Below are positions 52,120-64,000 of a stretch of DNA of 64,000 bases, piece by piece. The DNA is from Candidatus Kapaibacterium sp. GTDB taxonomy: Bacteria > Bacteroidota > Ignavibacteria > Kapaibacteriales > UBA2268. The translations under genes and the position numbers were made by a program. The notes under the pieces were generated by a model that was given only the letters and a program-made list of their open reading frames with translations, made no database searches and was not told where the DNA came from. Location of the stretch: positions 3,776,001 to 3,840,000 of the forward strand of contig OY762428.1 of assembly GCA_963665665.1 (NCBI GenBank), in the 5' to 3' direction. The stretch's first letter is position 1. Each line of letters opens with the position of its first letter.

Positions 52120-52145
52120 TAGTGTATTACTAATATAATACACTA
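52120..52145. promoter_or_regulatory. YtrA-type GntR operator palindrome
   Basis: tagtgtatta-ctaata-taatacacta immediately upstream of the gntR start; matches the TGTA..TACA-type operators known for the YtrA subfamily. Confidence 0.8.
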
Positions 52146-52306
52146 CGCTGTTATTTCCAAAAAGTTCTGATAAATTTTCATTTCTGAAAACAATAATTTT
52201 CAATATTGAGAAATTGAGGAACAAATAAATTACGTAATTTGTGATAAGCTCTTGATTTTATTGAATACTATTTTTTGGCACGATAATTTTTAACAATTTC
52301 TGCACT

Positions 52307-52693
52307 ATGAAAGAGAACCACAAAAAAAGAATGTTAGTAGTTGATGACGAGTACCCGGTTTTACTCGCCTACAAACAGTTGTTTAAGGGAGAGAAGATCG
52401 ATGTTGATATCTCTGACAATCTTGGCAGCGCCGATAAATTCCTGAACAACAATCTTTATGATGTGGTTATATCAGATCTGGAACTTACCGAAGCAAAAGA
52501 TAAAGAAGGCCTTAGTATAATAAGAAAAGCCAGGGAGGTTAATCCCGAATCTCTTCTTATTGTTGTTACTGCTTATGGAAATAAAGCCATTAAAGACATG
52601 CTTTTCGAAGCAGGGGCCAATTATTACTATGAAAAGCCCCTGTCAGTCGGTACAATAAAAAAAGTATTAGCAGGCGCCGGAATTATCCATTAG
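52307..52693 (+). CDS. Single-domain response regulator (receiver)
   Basis: LVVDDE, VVISDL, VTAYG, YYEKP. Confidence 0.9.
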   Translation: MKENHKKRMLVVDDEYPVLLAYKQLFKGEKIDVDISDNLGSADKFLNNNLYDVVISDLELTEAKDKEGLSIIRKAREVNPESLLIVVTAYGNKAIKDMLFEAGANYYYEKPLSVGTIKKVLAGAGIIH

Positions 52694-53360
52694 CCCCTTT
52701 ATCTGCTGATTTTTGAAGCGCCGCAATATTTTCTATTAAGTTGCCTTTGAATAATCCCGAACCACAGACTAAAATATCTGCTCCGGCACGGACAATTTCT
52801 TCCGCATTTTCAATTTTAACTCCGCCGTCCACCTGTATTCTAACATTCTCAAGGCCGTTTTTATCCAAATAATTACGTAAGTCAGAGCAACGCCTGAGAA
52901 ACGAGGAGATAAACTTCTGTCCGCCAAAACCCGGATTTACTGACATCAATAGAATAAAATCGCAATATTCAGAGGCTTCATAGGCAAATTCCATGGGGGT
53001 TGCCGGATTTAGAGCTATCCCTGATTTGGCTCCAAGTGAACTTATAAGGTCAAGTGTACGGTGCATGTGGTTTACTGTTTCAGCATGTACGGAAACCATA
53101 TTTGCGCCTGATTGGATAAAATCTTCAATATATTTGTCCGGTTCACTGATCATCAGGTGACAATCAATCGGAAGATCAGTTAAAGGGCGAATTGCCTTTG
53201 CTACAAGCGGCCCGATTGTAATATTCGGAACAAAGTGCCCGTCCATAACATCAAAATGTATAATATGTGCTCCGCCATTCTCGCACATTTTTATATCATT
53301 GCCAAGGTTGGCGAAATCTGCCGATAAGATCGATGGAGCAATTTCAATTTTTCTTTTCAT
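52683..53360 (-). CDS. rpe: Ribulose-phosphate 3-epimerase
   Basis: IAPSILSADF, HFDVMDGHFVPNITIG, DCHLM, MSVNPGFGGQ, VDGG. Confidence 0.97.
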   Translation of the reverse strand: MKRKIEIAPSILSADFANLGNDIKMCENGGAHIIHFDVMDGHFVPNITIGPLVAKAIRPLTDLPIDCHLMISEPDKYIEDFIQSGANMVSVHAETVNHMHRTLDLISSLGAKSGIALNPATPMEFAYEASEYCDFILLMSVNPGFGGQKFISSFLRRCSDLRNYLDKNGLENVRIQVDGGVKIENAEEIVRAGADILVCGSGLFKGNLIENIAALQKSADKGANG

Positions 53361-53560
53361 CTTTAAGTCCGCATGATGTCAAAACTTTTATACAAAATTA
53401 ACCTTGTTAAGCAATTAATCCAAATACATATTGCTAAAGTGTTATCTACGTAAAAACACGTATTTTTTAAAAATGAAAGTATTTTAATAGAAATTATTAT
53501 TGCTTTTCTATAATTTGCCTTCATAATTAATGTATAATTTAATGTGTTTGCGGATAAATT

Positions 53561-55078
53561 ATGAAGCTTTTTTGGTTACTGCCTTTATTCCTGTTACTAT
53601 TTTCTTTTATACAGAATTCTTTTAGTGAAGAAACTACTTTGCAGAATATTGGTAACAATATAAATACTAAAAATTGCAATGAGCTTAACCCGATAGTATC
53701 GTCGGACGGAAGTAAACTATTCTTTTGCCGTTGCGATTGTGACAATTCAAATGAAAATCAGAATATCTGGTTTTCTGAAAAAGGAAGCAACGGAAAGTGG
53801 ATGCCTGCGGTTAAACTTGGGGCACCCCTGAACAATAAGTATAATAATTTCATTGCATCAGTCAGCCCCGATGGAAATACAATACTGCTCGGAGGAATTT
53901 ATCACGAAAACGGAACCATGGGCAGAGGCGTATCAATAAGCAGGCTTAGCGAAAACGGATGGACATATCCGGAGCCTCTGGAAATTGACAATTATTACAA
54001 CAAAAGCGAATTTAGCGGTTTCTTTCTGTGTGATGACGGTAAAACTTTATTGTTATCACTGCAAAGAGAAGACAGCCGCGGGGAAAAAGATATATACGTT
54101 AGTTTTATGAAAAATGACGGCAGGTGGTCTGAGCCCATATCTCTCGGAAATAATATCAATACAGCCGAAGACGAAATATCGCCTTACCTGGCATCTGATG
54201 GAATTACTCTTTTCTTTTCTTCCAAAGGGCATAAAGGTTATGGTGATGCTGATATTTTTATATCAAGGCGTCTGGATAAATCCTGGACAAATTGGTCAGA
54301 GCCTGTTAATCTTGGTGATGAAATTAATACAGAAGGATGGGAGGCCTATTATAAAACAACAGCATCTGGTGAATATGCATATTGTGTTTCAGAAAAGAAC
54401 TCGCTCGGAAAAAGCGATATTTTTAAAACAAAAATCCCTGATCGCTTCCGCCCCAATGCTGTGATGCTTGTAAAAGGAAAGGTTATCAACTACAAAACCA
54501 TGGCCCCGCTTGAATCAAAAATAAATTTTAGCATTATTCCGGATGGTGATGAGGCAGGATATACTTCCTCTAATCCGGTTTCCGGTAGTTTCAGGATGAC
54601 ACTACCGGCAGGCCATTATTACAGTTATGAAGCAATGGCTCCTGAATTTGTCGGGTCCAATTATGATCTTGACCTGAGGGAATTGTATGGTTACAAGGAA
54701 TTTGAAAGGAATATTGAACTTGTTCCCGCAGAGGATTCTCTTGTTTGTATAAGAAATATATTCTTTGCTTCAAATCAGACGAAACTTTCGAAAGAGTCAT
54801 CTTATGAAAGAAAAAAACTTCTTGAATTTCTTAGTGAAAATCCAAATACAGTTTGCGAAATTTCTGGATACACTGACAGCAGAGGCTCAAAAGAGATAAA
54901 TGAAAAGCTGTCCAGGGAAAGAGCCAAAAACGCAGCTAATTATTTCATAAGGCTCGGAATAAGCAGCGACAGGCTGATTATGAAAGGTTTTGCCATGAAA
55001 AAATTCGTTATGCCCAATGATACGGAAGAAGGTAGGGCATTGAATCGCCGGGTTGAATTCAAAGTTTATGAAAGGTAG
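53561..55078 (+). CDS. PD40 beta-propeller plus OmpA_C domain protein (PorE-like architecture, no TPR)
   Basis: Repeats INT..DE.SP...DG.TLFFSS.G..GYG..DIF; C-terminal SGYTDSRGS...LSRERA...NRRVEF. Confidence 0.85.
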   Translation: MKLFWLLPLFLLLFSFIQNSFSEETTLQNIGNNINTKNCNELNPIVSSDGSKLFFCRCDCDNSNENQNIWFSEKGSNGKWMPAVKLGAPLNNKYNNFIASVSPDGNTILLGGIYHENGTMGRGVSISRLSENGWTYPEPLEIDNYYNKSEFSGFFLCDDGKTLLLSLQREDSRGEKDIYVSFMKNDGRWSEPISLGNNINTAEDEISPYLASDGITLFFSSKGHKGYGDADIFISRRLDKSWTNWSEPVNLGDEINTEGWEAYYKTTASGEYAYCVSEKNSLGKSDIFKTKIPDRFRPNAVMLVKGKVINYKTMAPLESKINFSIIPDGDEAGYTSSNPVSGSFRMTLPAGHYYSYEAMAPEFVGSNYDLDLRELYGYKEFERNIELVPAEDSLVCIRNIFFASNQTKLSKESSYERKKLLEFLSENPNTVCEISGYTDSRGSKEINEKLSRERAKNAANYFIRLGISSDRLIMKGFAMKKFVMPNDTEEGRALNRRVEFKVYER

Positions 55079-55106
55079 AATCAACAACTCAAAATCATTA
55101 AAAAAG

Positions 55107-55141
55107 AAAATGTCCGGGTCAGTTAAGGCCCGGACATTTTT
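55107..55141. terminator. Bidirectional intrinsic terminator
   Basis: aaaatgtccggg...cccggacattttt between convergent genes. Confidence 0.85.
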
Positions 55142-55158
55142 GTGTGCTAAAAATTATA

Positions 55159-57435
55159 TTAGTCGTTGATACATTCTTTTTCTTTGTGCTGTGCATCAAC
55201 AACAGCAAGAGCTGTCATATTCAGAATGTCGTGAACATCATCGCCACGCTGAAGGATATGAACCGACCTGCAGAAACCGTTTAGAGCCGGCCCGATAATC
55301 TTCAGTCCACCAATTTTATTAAGTAACTTATAAGAGATATTGCCGGAAGCAAGCCCCGGGAATACCAGCACATTAGCTCCGCCCTTCAAGCTACTGAACG
55401 GAAAAGCACTTTCAAGTATTTCAGGTGATACTGCTGTATTTGCCTGCATCTCACCATCAACCATTAATTCTGGTGCTCTTTCGCGGATAATTTTCAGAGC
55501 ACTACGCATTTTATCCGGAACTTTACCTTTTACTGATCCGAAGTTACTGTACGACAGTAAGGCAACTCTTGGAACGATATCAAAATTAGTTGCAAAGTCA
55601 GCAGCCTGCAAAGCAATATCGGCCAATTCTTCAGGAGTCGGATCAACATTTACAGTAGTATCGGCTAAGAAAAATGTTTCATTTTTCTTAGTAACAATAT
55701 ACATACCTGAAACAGTATTATATCTTGAATCCTTGCCGATTATTTGCAGTGCGGGGCGTAAAGTATCAGGGTAAGAACGTGTAAGGCCTGAAATCATACC
55801 ATCAGCATCACCGCTATGAACCATCATAGCTGCAAAATAGTTGTTATTTCGCGGCATTTTTGTTTCTGCAAATACTTTCAGAACTCCTTTTCTCTGGCGC
55901 AATTTATAGAACTCATCAATATACTGCTGGAGTTTATCTGATTCCTTCGGGTTGATAATCTCGATATCTTCAAGATCCCATCCGTGTTCTTCAGCAGTTT
56001 TGCGGATAACTTCTTCCCTTCCAAGAAGAATAGGAGAAGCAATATTTGCATTGGCTGCATTAATAGCTGCCTTGATGATCTTGCTTTCTTCACCTTCGGA
56101 ATAAACAATACGTTTTTTGTTTGCTTTTGCCTTATCAAAGATTTTTGTCATGATCCTTTCTGTACGGCCCATCCTGATATCAAGCTGGCGTTTGTATTCT
56201 TCAAAATCTTCGATTGGTTTGCGAGCCACGCCGGTATCCATTGCGGCTTTAGCAACAGCAGGTGAAACCCAGGTAAGTACACGCGGGTCAAATGGTTTAG
56301 GAATAATATATTTCGGCCCGAATGTCAGGTCTTCACCACCATATGCTTTTCTTACGCTGTCAGGTACTTCTTCTTTTGCTAAATCAGCCAGAGCCTGAGC
56401 AGCAGCTTTTTTCATATCTTCATTGATTGCTGTGGCATAAACATCAAGAGCGCCACGGAAAATAAAGGGGAAACCAAGAACATTGTTAACCTGGTTGGGG
56501 TAATCCGAACGTCCTGTAGCCATGATAACATCAGGCCTTGCTTCAACAGCATCTTCATAAGAGATTTCCGGATCAGGGTTTGCCATAGCGAAGATTATCG
56601 GATTATCATTCATGGATTTAACCATATCTTTCGAAACGCAGTTTCCTTTGGATAGTCCGAAGAAAATGTCAGCCCCTTTCATTGCATCTTCCAGGGTGCG
56701 TGCATCTGTTTCGACGGCAAATTCTTCTTTGTATTCATTCATTCCGGCTGTACGGCCTTTGTAAATAACACCCTTCGAATCGCACATCATCACGTTTTCA
56801 GGTTTGATACCCAGGCTGATATGGAATTTTGCACAAGCTATACCTGAAGCACCGGCACCATTATAAACAGCTACCATATCTTCAAGTTTCTTGTTATACA
56901 TTTCAGCTGCATTCAAAAGTGCAGCGCCACTGATAATAGCTGTTCCATGCTGGTCGTCATGGAATACCGGGATATTTAATTTTTTCTTTAATTCTTCCTC
57001 GATATGGAAGCATTCCGGGCCTTTAATATCTTCAAGGTTTATACCCCCGAAAGTTGGTTCCAATATTTCGCAGGTACGAATAATTTCTTCTGAATTTTTT
57101 GTTTCCAGTTCAATATCAAAAACGTCAATATCAGCAAAAGTTTTGAAAAGGACTCCTTTGCCTTCCATCACCGGCTTGCCGGCAGCAGCTCCTATGTCTC
57201 CCAGGCCAAGAACAGCAGTACCATTAGAAATAACTGCTACAAGGTTTCCCTTGGCTGTATAGTCAAAAACCTTTTCCGGGTGTTTTTCAATTTCACGACA
57301 AGGTTCGGCAACACCGGGGGAATATGCCAGAGATAAATCCCATTGTGTGTCGCAGGGTTTTGTAGTAACTACTTCAATTTTCCCTTTTCTGCCCGTGCTG
57401 TGATATTCAAGGGCATCTTCTTTTCTGATTTTCAT
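55159..57435 (-). CDS. maeB: NADP-dependent malic enzyme with phosphotransacetylase-like domain
   Basis: [50 protein letters not shown]; PTA-like domain VDGEMQ. Confidence 0.97.
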   Translation of the reverse strand: MKIRKEDALEYHSTGRKGKIEVVTTKPCDTQWDLSLAYSPGVAEPCREIEKHPEKVFDYTAKGNLVAVISNGTAVLGLGDIGAAAGKPVMEGKGVLFKTFADIDVFDIELETKNSEEIIRTCEILEPTFGGINLEDIKGPECFHIEEELKKKLNIPVFHDDQHGTAIISGAALLNAAEMYNKKLEDMVAVYNGAGASGIACAKFHISLGIKPENVMMCDSKGVIYKGRTAGMNEYKEEFAVETDARTLEDAMKGADIFFGLSKGNCVSKDMVKSMNDNPIIFAMANPDPEISYEDAVEARPDVIMATGRSDYPNQVNNVLGFPFIFRGALDVYATAINEDMKKAAAQALADLAKEEVPDSVRKAYGGEDLTFGPKYIIPKPFDPRVLTWVSPAVAKAAMDTGVARKPIEDFEEYKRQLDIRMGRTERIMTKIFDKAKANKKRIVYSEGEESKIIKAAINAANANIASPILLGREEVIRKTAEEHGWDLEDIEIINPKESDKLQQYIDEFYKLRQRKGVLKVFAETKMPRNNNYFAAMMVHSGDADGMISGLTRSYPDTLRPALQIIGKDSRYNTVSGMYIVTKKNETFFLADTTVNVDPTPEELADIALQAADFATNFDIVPRVALLSYSNFGSVKGKVPDKMRSALKIIRERAPELMVDGEMQANTAVSPEILESAFPFSSLKGGANVLVFPGLASGNISYKLLNKIGGLKIIGPALNGFCRSVHILQRGDDVHDILNMTALAVVDAQHKEKECIND

Positions 57436-57640
57436 TACAAACTCCTTGAGTCTTTTCTTTTAATATAAAAATTGACAAAGTTCGGTTAAGTGTTATTCAA
57501 ACTTATGAAAATAACATATTACTTGAAATTCTATTTTCCAATTGTAATTTAAATGTTGTTTTTGTAAATGTCAACATCTAAATTATTAATTTACAAAATT
57601 ATATAATATATTACTATTAAGCAATATTATTTATTTTTGT

Positions 57641-58100
57641 TTAGTATATCTGTATAAACCGAAAATGTTCTTTTGGTGGTTGCATTTTATGTAAATTTTT
57701 GCAGGTGTTTTCCTGCAGCCCCAGTAAATATTTTTCTGAATAGTGCATCTTTACTAAGTTCAAAAATGTGTTTAGAAAGTATTGCAGAATCCTCCGGCAT
57801 TGCCAGTAAGCCTGTTTTTCCATCAATAACAAGCCCTGGTATTCCCCCGGCATTTGTTGCTATAACAGGAAGATTAGATGCAAAAGAATCAAGAATCGCA
57901 GTACCCGTGCCTTCTGTTTTTGAAGTTATCTGGAAAATATCAGCGCTTTTTAATATTTCCGTGACATTATCCTTAAACACGGTCATTGTAATATTGCTTT
58001 TAAGATTTTTTCGAGAAATATATTCTGCGATATTATTTTTCTCAGGCTCGTCGCTAATTATGAAAAAATGAAAATCAGCTATTGTTTCACGACGGCGAAA
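57641..58100 (-). pseudogene. Glycosyltransferase family 4 C-terminal fragment (decayed)
   Basis: KSADIFQITSKTEGTGTAILDSFASNLPVIATNAGGIPGLVIDGKTGLL; no intact N-terminal half; boundaries approximate. Confidence 0.7.
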
Positions 58101-58627
58101 CCGGGCAGTTGATCCATCCCGTTTTGCGTCCCGGCAGTTGCCATTCAAACAAATGGTTCGTTCATCAATATAACAGAGTAAGGCTTTCCAATTCAAGTTT
58201 CTTATTATTTAGGGCTTTAAATGATAAATGACTGTTAAAAAGACGGGTATTATTTATCATCAAACCTGAAGGATAAACCAATAAATTTTGTATATTAGTT
58301 TTGTATGAGTGTTGGGCTATGTTAATGAGCGACAAAATGGAAATAATCGATGAATGGGAGGTTTAAAATATTTGATATATTATCATTATATTTGCTAATT
58401 TCATAATAATCAGATTGTTCGCTTGTTTTTTATGGGATATAATTAAAATAAGTGCAAAACTCTCACATCTGTGCGAGAATTTTTTTGATTAACTTTTTTA
58501 AATTTATACGATGGATTTTTAAACAAATTTGAGAAGAATAAAGAAGCACTTTGGAATTTATTAAATGTTTATGCCCATAAAGATGAGAAAGACTAATAAC
58601 TTTGAAAGATACACAAACAAAAAAAAT

Positions 58628-59668
58628 ATGAAAAATTCAATGCACAAATATAAAAGAAATATTGACGAGTTAAAAAAATATGCAGCTTTATGGTGGCCAG
58701 ATGAATTGAAGAACAAAAATGCGTTGGCTAATGTTCTACCCTTGTTACTAAAAACCCAAGACGACTTTTTAAAAATTTTAAGCCTAAGCAAAAAGGAACC
58801 CTTTCAGATATTTGATTTAATAGAAGCTGCCAAATTCCCTGCTAATTTATTTCTAAAACACCTTGTTGTTCTTTCCGATTATGGTGGGGAACCTATTCAA
58901 AGATTAGGTCGTTCATTTAAGGAAGTTTTTCCTAAGATAAGTGCTGGCAACTATTATTTAGAGTTTATTTGGAAAAATAAAACTCACATCTATGAATTTG
59001 AAACGTTACCAGTAAAAGGTCTTAACAATAAAAAACTATTTATTGATGGTGAAAACTTATCGACAGAACATGAATTAAACGGACTGTTTAAAGATATGAT
59101 TGTAATTTTATTGTTTGCATCTACGTCAGAACAAGCAGACTTAGCTGCTTTAGAATCATGTGAAATCGGGACATTATTGGGAAATGAATCTGAATTATAT
59201 GAATTTGTTAAGCAACGATATATTATTGTAAGTAGGATAACTGGTGGCGCTACCGCAAACAGTTTAGGGCAATTGGCCCAAACAGAGATTGTTGACTACC
59301 TTAGTAAATCTCTGGGCGGTAATTATGAAGTAATACGTAATGGCTATATTGAACTTGGAGGATATGACAAAAAAGGAGGAATGCCTTTTGATATAGTTGT
59401 TTCACGTAAAAATAAATTTGTTGGAATTGAAGTTAGTTTCCAAGTTACAACTAATAGTACAATTGAGCGAAAATCTGGTCAAGCAGCCGACAGGCATGCC
59501 TTGATGTCAAAAGCAGGAAATAAGATTGCTTATGTAATTGATGGAGCAGGAAATTTCCAACGTTCTTCTGCGATAAGTACAATTTGCAATTATAGTGATT
59601 GCACAGTTGCTTATACGATATCGGAATTTAAAGTATTGTCTAACTGGATTAAAAGTGTCTTAAAATGA
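58628..59668 (+). CDS. Type II restriction endonuclease, BanI/HgiCI-like (predicted GGYRCC)
   Basis: IDEL...A.WWP...LPLL..TQDDF...FPANLFLKHLVVLSDYGGE recalls R.BanI/R.HgiCI; PFD...IEVSFQVTTNSTIERK catalytic region; start uncertain (58565-58640). Confidence 0.8.
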   Translation: MKNSMHKYKRNIDELKKYAALWWPDELKNKNALANVLPLLLKTQDDFLKILSLSKKEPFQIFDLIEAAKFPANLFLKHLVVLSDYGGEPIQRLGRSFKEVFPKISAGNYYLEFIWKNKTHIYEFETLPVKGLNNKKLFIDGENLSTEHELNGLFKDMIVILLFASTSEQADLAALESCEIGTLLGNESELYEFVKQRYIIVSRITGGATANSLGQLAQTEIVDYLSKSLGGNYEVIRNGYIELGGYDKKGGMPFDIVVSRKNKFVGIEVSFQVTTNSTIERKSGQAADRHALMSKAGNKIAYVIDGAGNFQRSSAISTICNYSDCTVAYTISEFKVLSNWIKSVLK

Positions 59669-60981
59669 TAAAGTTCATTGATTTATTTGCAGGCACTGGT
59701 GGTATCCGATTAGGATTTGAAGAAGCCTGTAGAAAACATGGAATAAAAACAGAGTGTGTTTATTCGTCTGAAATTGATAAAAATGCTTGTAAATCCTACG
59801 AACTCAATTTTGGAGAAAATCCACTTTCTGACATAACTCTAGTAAATGAATTACCTGATTTTAATTTCATGCTTGCTGGTTTCCCTTGCCAGGCTTTTAG
59901 TTACGCAGGAAAAAGAAAAGGATTTGGTGATACTCGAGGAACATTATTCTTTGATGTAGAAAGATTATTGAAAAAATATCGTCCACAGGGTTTTTTATTA
60001 GAAAATGTTAGAGGATTAACGACACATGATAAAGGACGAACTTTTAAAACTATAGTTAATTCTTTAAAATCAATTGGTTATTCACTTGAATATAGATTAT
60101 TAAATTCAAGCAATTTCAATATTGCCCAAAATAGGGTAAGAATTTACATTGTTGGTATTTTAAATAATGATTTTACCATAATTACTCAATCTGATGTAGG
60201 TGCGGTTGATTCGCACAATTTTAAAGCCCGAAACGGACAGAAAAGCTTATTTGAAGACATCAAGCCAATTAAAGTTGTAAGAGATGTTCTTGAAAATAAT
60301 CCTGACCCAAAATACATATGCAGCGAAAAGTTCAGCGAAAAGTTGAAAAAAGTAATAGGAAATGATTTAAGTAAGCTTCATGGATATAGGTTAATAGATA
60401 CAAGAAACGGAAATTCGATTCATTCATGGGAACTTGGAATTAAAGGAGAATGTAATAAGGATGAAGTTGAGTTTATGAACCTTCTAATTGCTAACAGAAG
60501 GAAAAAGATTTTCGGTACGCACCAAGATGGAAAAGCATTAACTTTAGACCAGATTAAAACCTTTTACAGAAACGAAAATATAAAAGAGGTTGCTGACTCG
60601 CTGATAAAAAAAGGTTATCTAAGTAATTATAATGGTAAATATAATCCAGTTTGTGGAAATATGTCATTCGAGGTATTCAAATTTCTTGATCCAGACAGTA
60701 TATCAATAACGTTAACAGCTTCAGACACAAATAGATTAGGTGTTGTTCAAAACGGAAAACCAAGACGATTAACACCAAGAGAATGTGCCAGGTTGCAGGG
60801 CTATCCGGATTCGTACAAACTACTTGACAATGATAATGCTGTTTATAAACAAATGGGAAATGGAGTATCTGTACCAGTGATAGAACACTTGATGTCAGAT
60901 TTAATAGATAATAACAAAGAATTAATGGAAGAAATATTCCACCCTGATAAACAATATAAATTATCAAGTTTTTCAAGCTAA
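59665..60981 (+). CDS. C5-cytosine DNA methyltransferase, M.BanI-like
   Basis: DLFAGTGG, GFPCQ, ENV, QNRVRIY, RRLTPRECARLQG, QMGN; TRD with GNSIHSWELG...NPVCGNMSFEVFKFLDP as recalled for M.BanI; ATGA overlap with the REase gene. Confidence 0.93.
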   Translation: MIKFIDLFAGTGGIRLGFEEACRKHGIKTECVYSSEIDKNACKSYELNFGENPLSDITLVNELPDFNFMLAGFPCQAFSYAGKRKGFGDTRGTLFFDVERLLKKYRPQGFLLENVRGLTTHDKGRTFKTIVNSLKSIGYSLEYRLLNSSNFNIAQNRVRIYIVGILNNDFTIITQSDVGAVDSHNFKARNGQKSLFEDIKPIKVVRDVLENNPDPKYICSEKFSEKLKKVIGNDLSKLHGYRLIDTRNGNSIHSWELGIKGECNKDEVEFMNLLIANRRKKIFGTHQDGKALTLDQIKTFYRNENIKEVADSLIKKGYLSNYNGKYNPVCGNMSFEVFKFLDPDSISITLTASDTNRLGVVQNGKPRRLTPRECARLQGYPDSYKLLDNDNAVYKQMGNGVSVPVIEHLMSDLIDNNKELMEEIFHPDKQYKLSSFSS

Positions 60982-61147
60982 GTTGAAGACAAAAATTGTC
61001 CAATAATATGTTTAGCTGACCCGATGAAACAAAAACATGAATTGAATATAGCACGAAAATAAGACAATTTATAAATTTTACAAAGTTTTGGAGCTTTTAG
61101 AGTGCTATCCAATGCATCAATTTATTGGAGTGACTTGATTGGTTTCC

Positions 61148-61260
61148 ACTCCTTCTCAGGTTACACTTGGGAATGTGATTTTCCGAAAAGTTTTACTTTG
61201 GAAAACTGAAGCAAAGCTTCCGATGAAAGCAGCATCAGGAAGTGCAACTTCGTAATAAGG
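61148..61260. repeat. Degenerate REP-like palindromic element
   Basis: ctccttctcaggttacacttgggaatg...gaagcaaagcttc...gaagtgcaacttcgtaataag: short palindromes in the gap between convergent genes. Confidence 0.45.
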
Positions 61261-61345
61261 ACTATAAAAATATTCCTTATGCCTTCCGGCATTTTCACAA
61301 GCGCATTGCCTTATTTAGAGCTTAGCGAATTCGTAGTTGATTTCA

Positions 61346-63391
<2,046 letters not shown>

Positions 63392-63568
63392 TTATTATCG
63401 GTTAAGCAAATAATTAAGTATTAATTGTTCCTAAAAAGTCATTAAATTATTTGTTCATAATCCAGAAAATCAAATAACTGTCAAAAGACCATCAAATAAG
63501 TATATCTATCAATATCATTAGCTTACAGAGACGAAACTTTAATTAACGGATTGTCAATCAAATAAAGT

Positions 63569-64000
63569 TCACTGCCTCGCCCACCAGGGTATATATTTCA
63601 CATACTTTCTACCGGACTTAATATCATATTTTAAAACCATTCCCTTTTCCATAGCGTCCCTGATTATTCTTGATATAGCTGCGCTATTCTTCTCATCAAC
63701 ACCAAATCTGTCTCTTAAAGTTGTATTTGTCATAAATTCTCTTTGTACAAATTTTAGGCATGCATGTAGATAGCAACCCCAGACTTTTTCGTTATTTTCC
63801 ATTTCCCAGAAATTTTTATATTCAAATAAAACAACGCGGGTATGCTCATCAGTAACTTCAAAAACAGGAGCAGGTAATTGATATAATTCTGTTTCAAAAA
63901 CAGCTTTATCAATTCCGCTTCCTCTTTCTTCACAAATTCCAATACGTCTCATAAGGGAGGCAATATTTTCATTTCTTGATTTTGGAGGTGAGTCAAGGAA
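63569..64000 (-). CDS. C-terminal part of an AlbA_2/HATPase_c_4 (RecG-C-like) ATP-binding protein with winged helix (truncated by window edge)
   Basis: Frame open to the edge: FLDSPPKSRNENIASLMRRIGICEERGSGIDK...CYLHACL...MTNTTLRDRFG...YIPWWA. Confidence 0.8.
   Translation of the reverse strand, partial: FLDSPPKSRNENIASLMRRIGICEERGSGIDKAVFETELYQLPAPVFEVTDEHTRVVLFEYKNFWEMENNEKVWGCYLHACLKFVQREFMTNTTLRDRFGVDEKNSAAISRIIRDAMEKGMVLKYDIKSGRKYVKYIPWWARQ

Noticed and set aside
52683-52693. 11-bp 3' overlap of the response regulator and rpe
   Set aside because: Short convergent overlaps are common; no further signal

Overview
Chromosomal window from an FCB-group bacterium. Four T9SS-type C-terminal-domain proteins, glutamine synthetase III, TAnnTTTG promoter elements and the OmpA architectures suggest an Ignavibacteria/Kapabacteria-like lineage (inference). 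Housekeeping genes (asd, glnA type III, rnhB, kdsD, rodZ, rpe, maeB, ligA) are interleaved with large secreted surface proteins, glycosyltransferases, a CheB/CheR fusion plus PAS hybrid kinase, a BanI/HgiCI-like type II R-M system, and several intact or decayed toxin-antitoxin modules. Two loci stand out. (1) A three-gene exported redox operon at 21376-23752: a MauG/MbnH-type di-heme lipoprotein whose first heme motif is CxxCM instead of CxxCH, a Tat-signal Rieske protein fused to a T9SS sorting domain, and a Tat Rieske lipoprotein. (2) An 87-aa RiPP-precursor-like peptide at 48542-48805 (YxKPxL leader, six CxxG motifs, own promoter element) downstream of a YtrA-type GntR/ABC exporter operon, with no modifying enzyme in the window. 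No rRNA, tRNA or CRISPR array was seen. All family assignments come from motif recognition and recall; no database searches were run.
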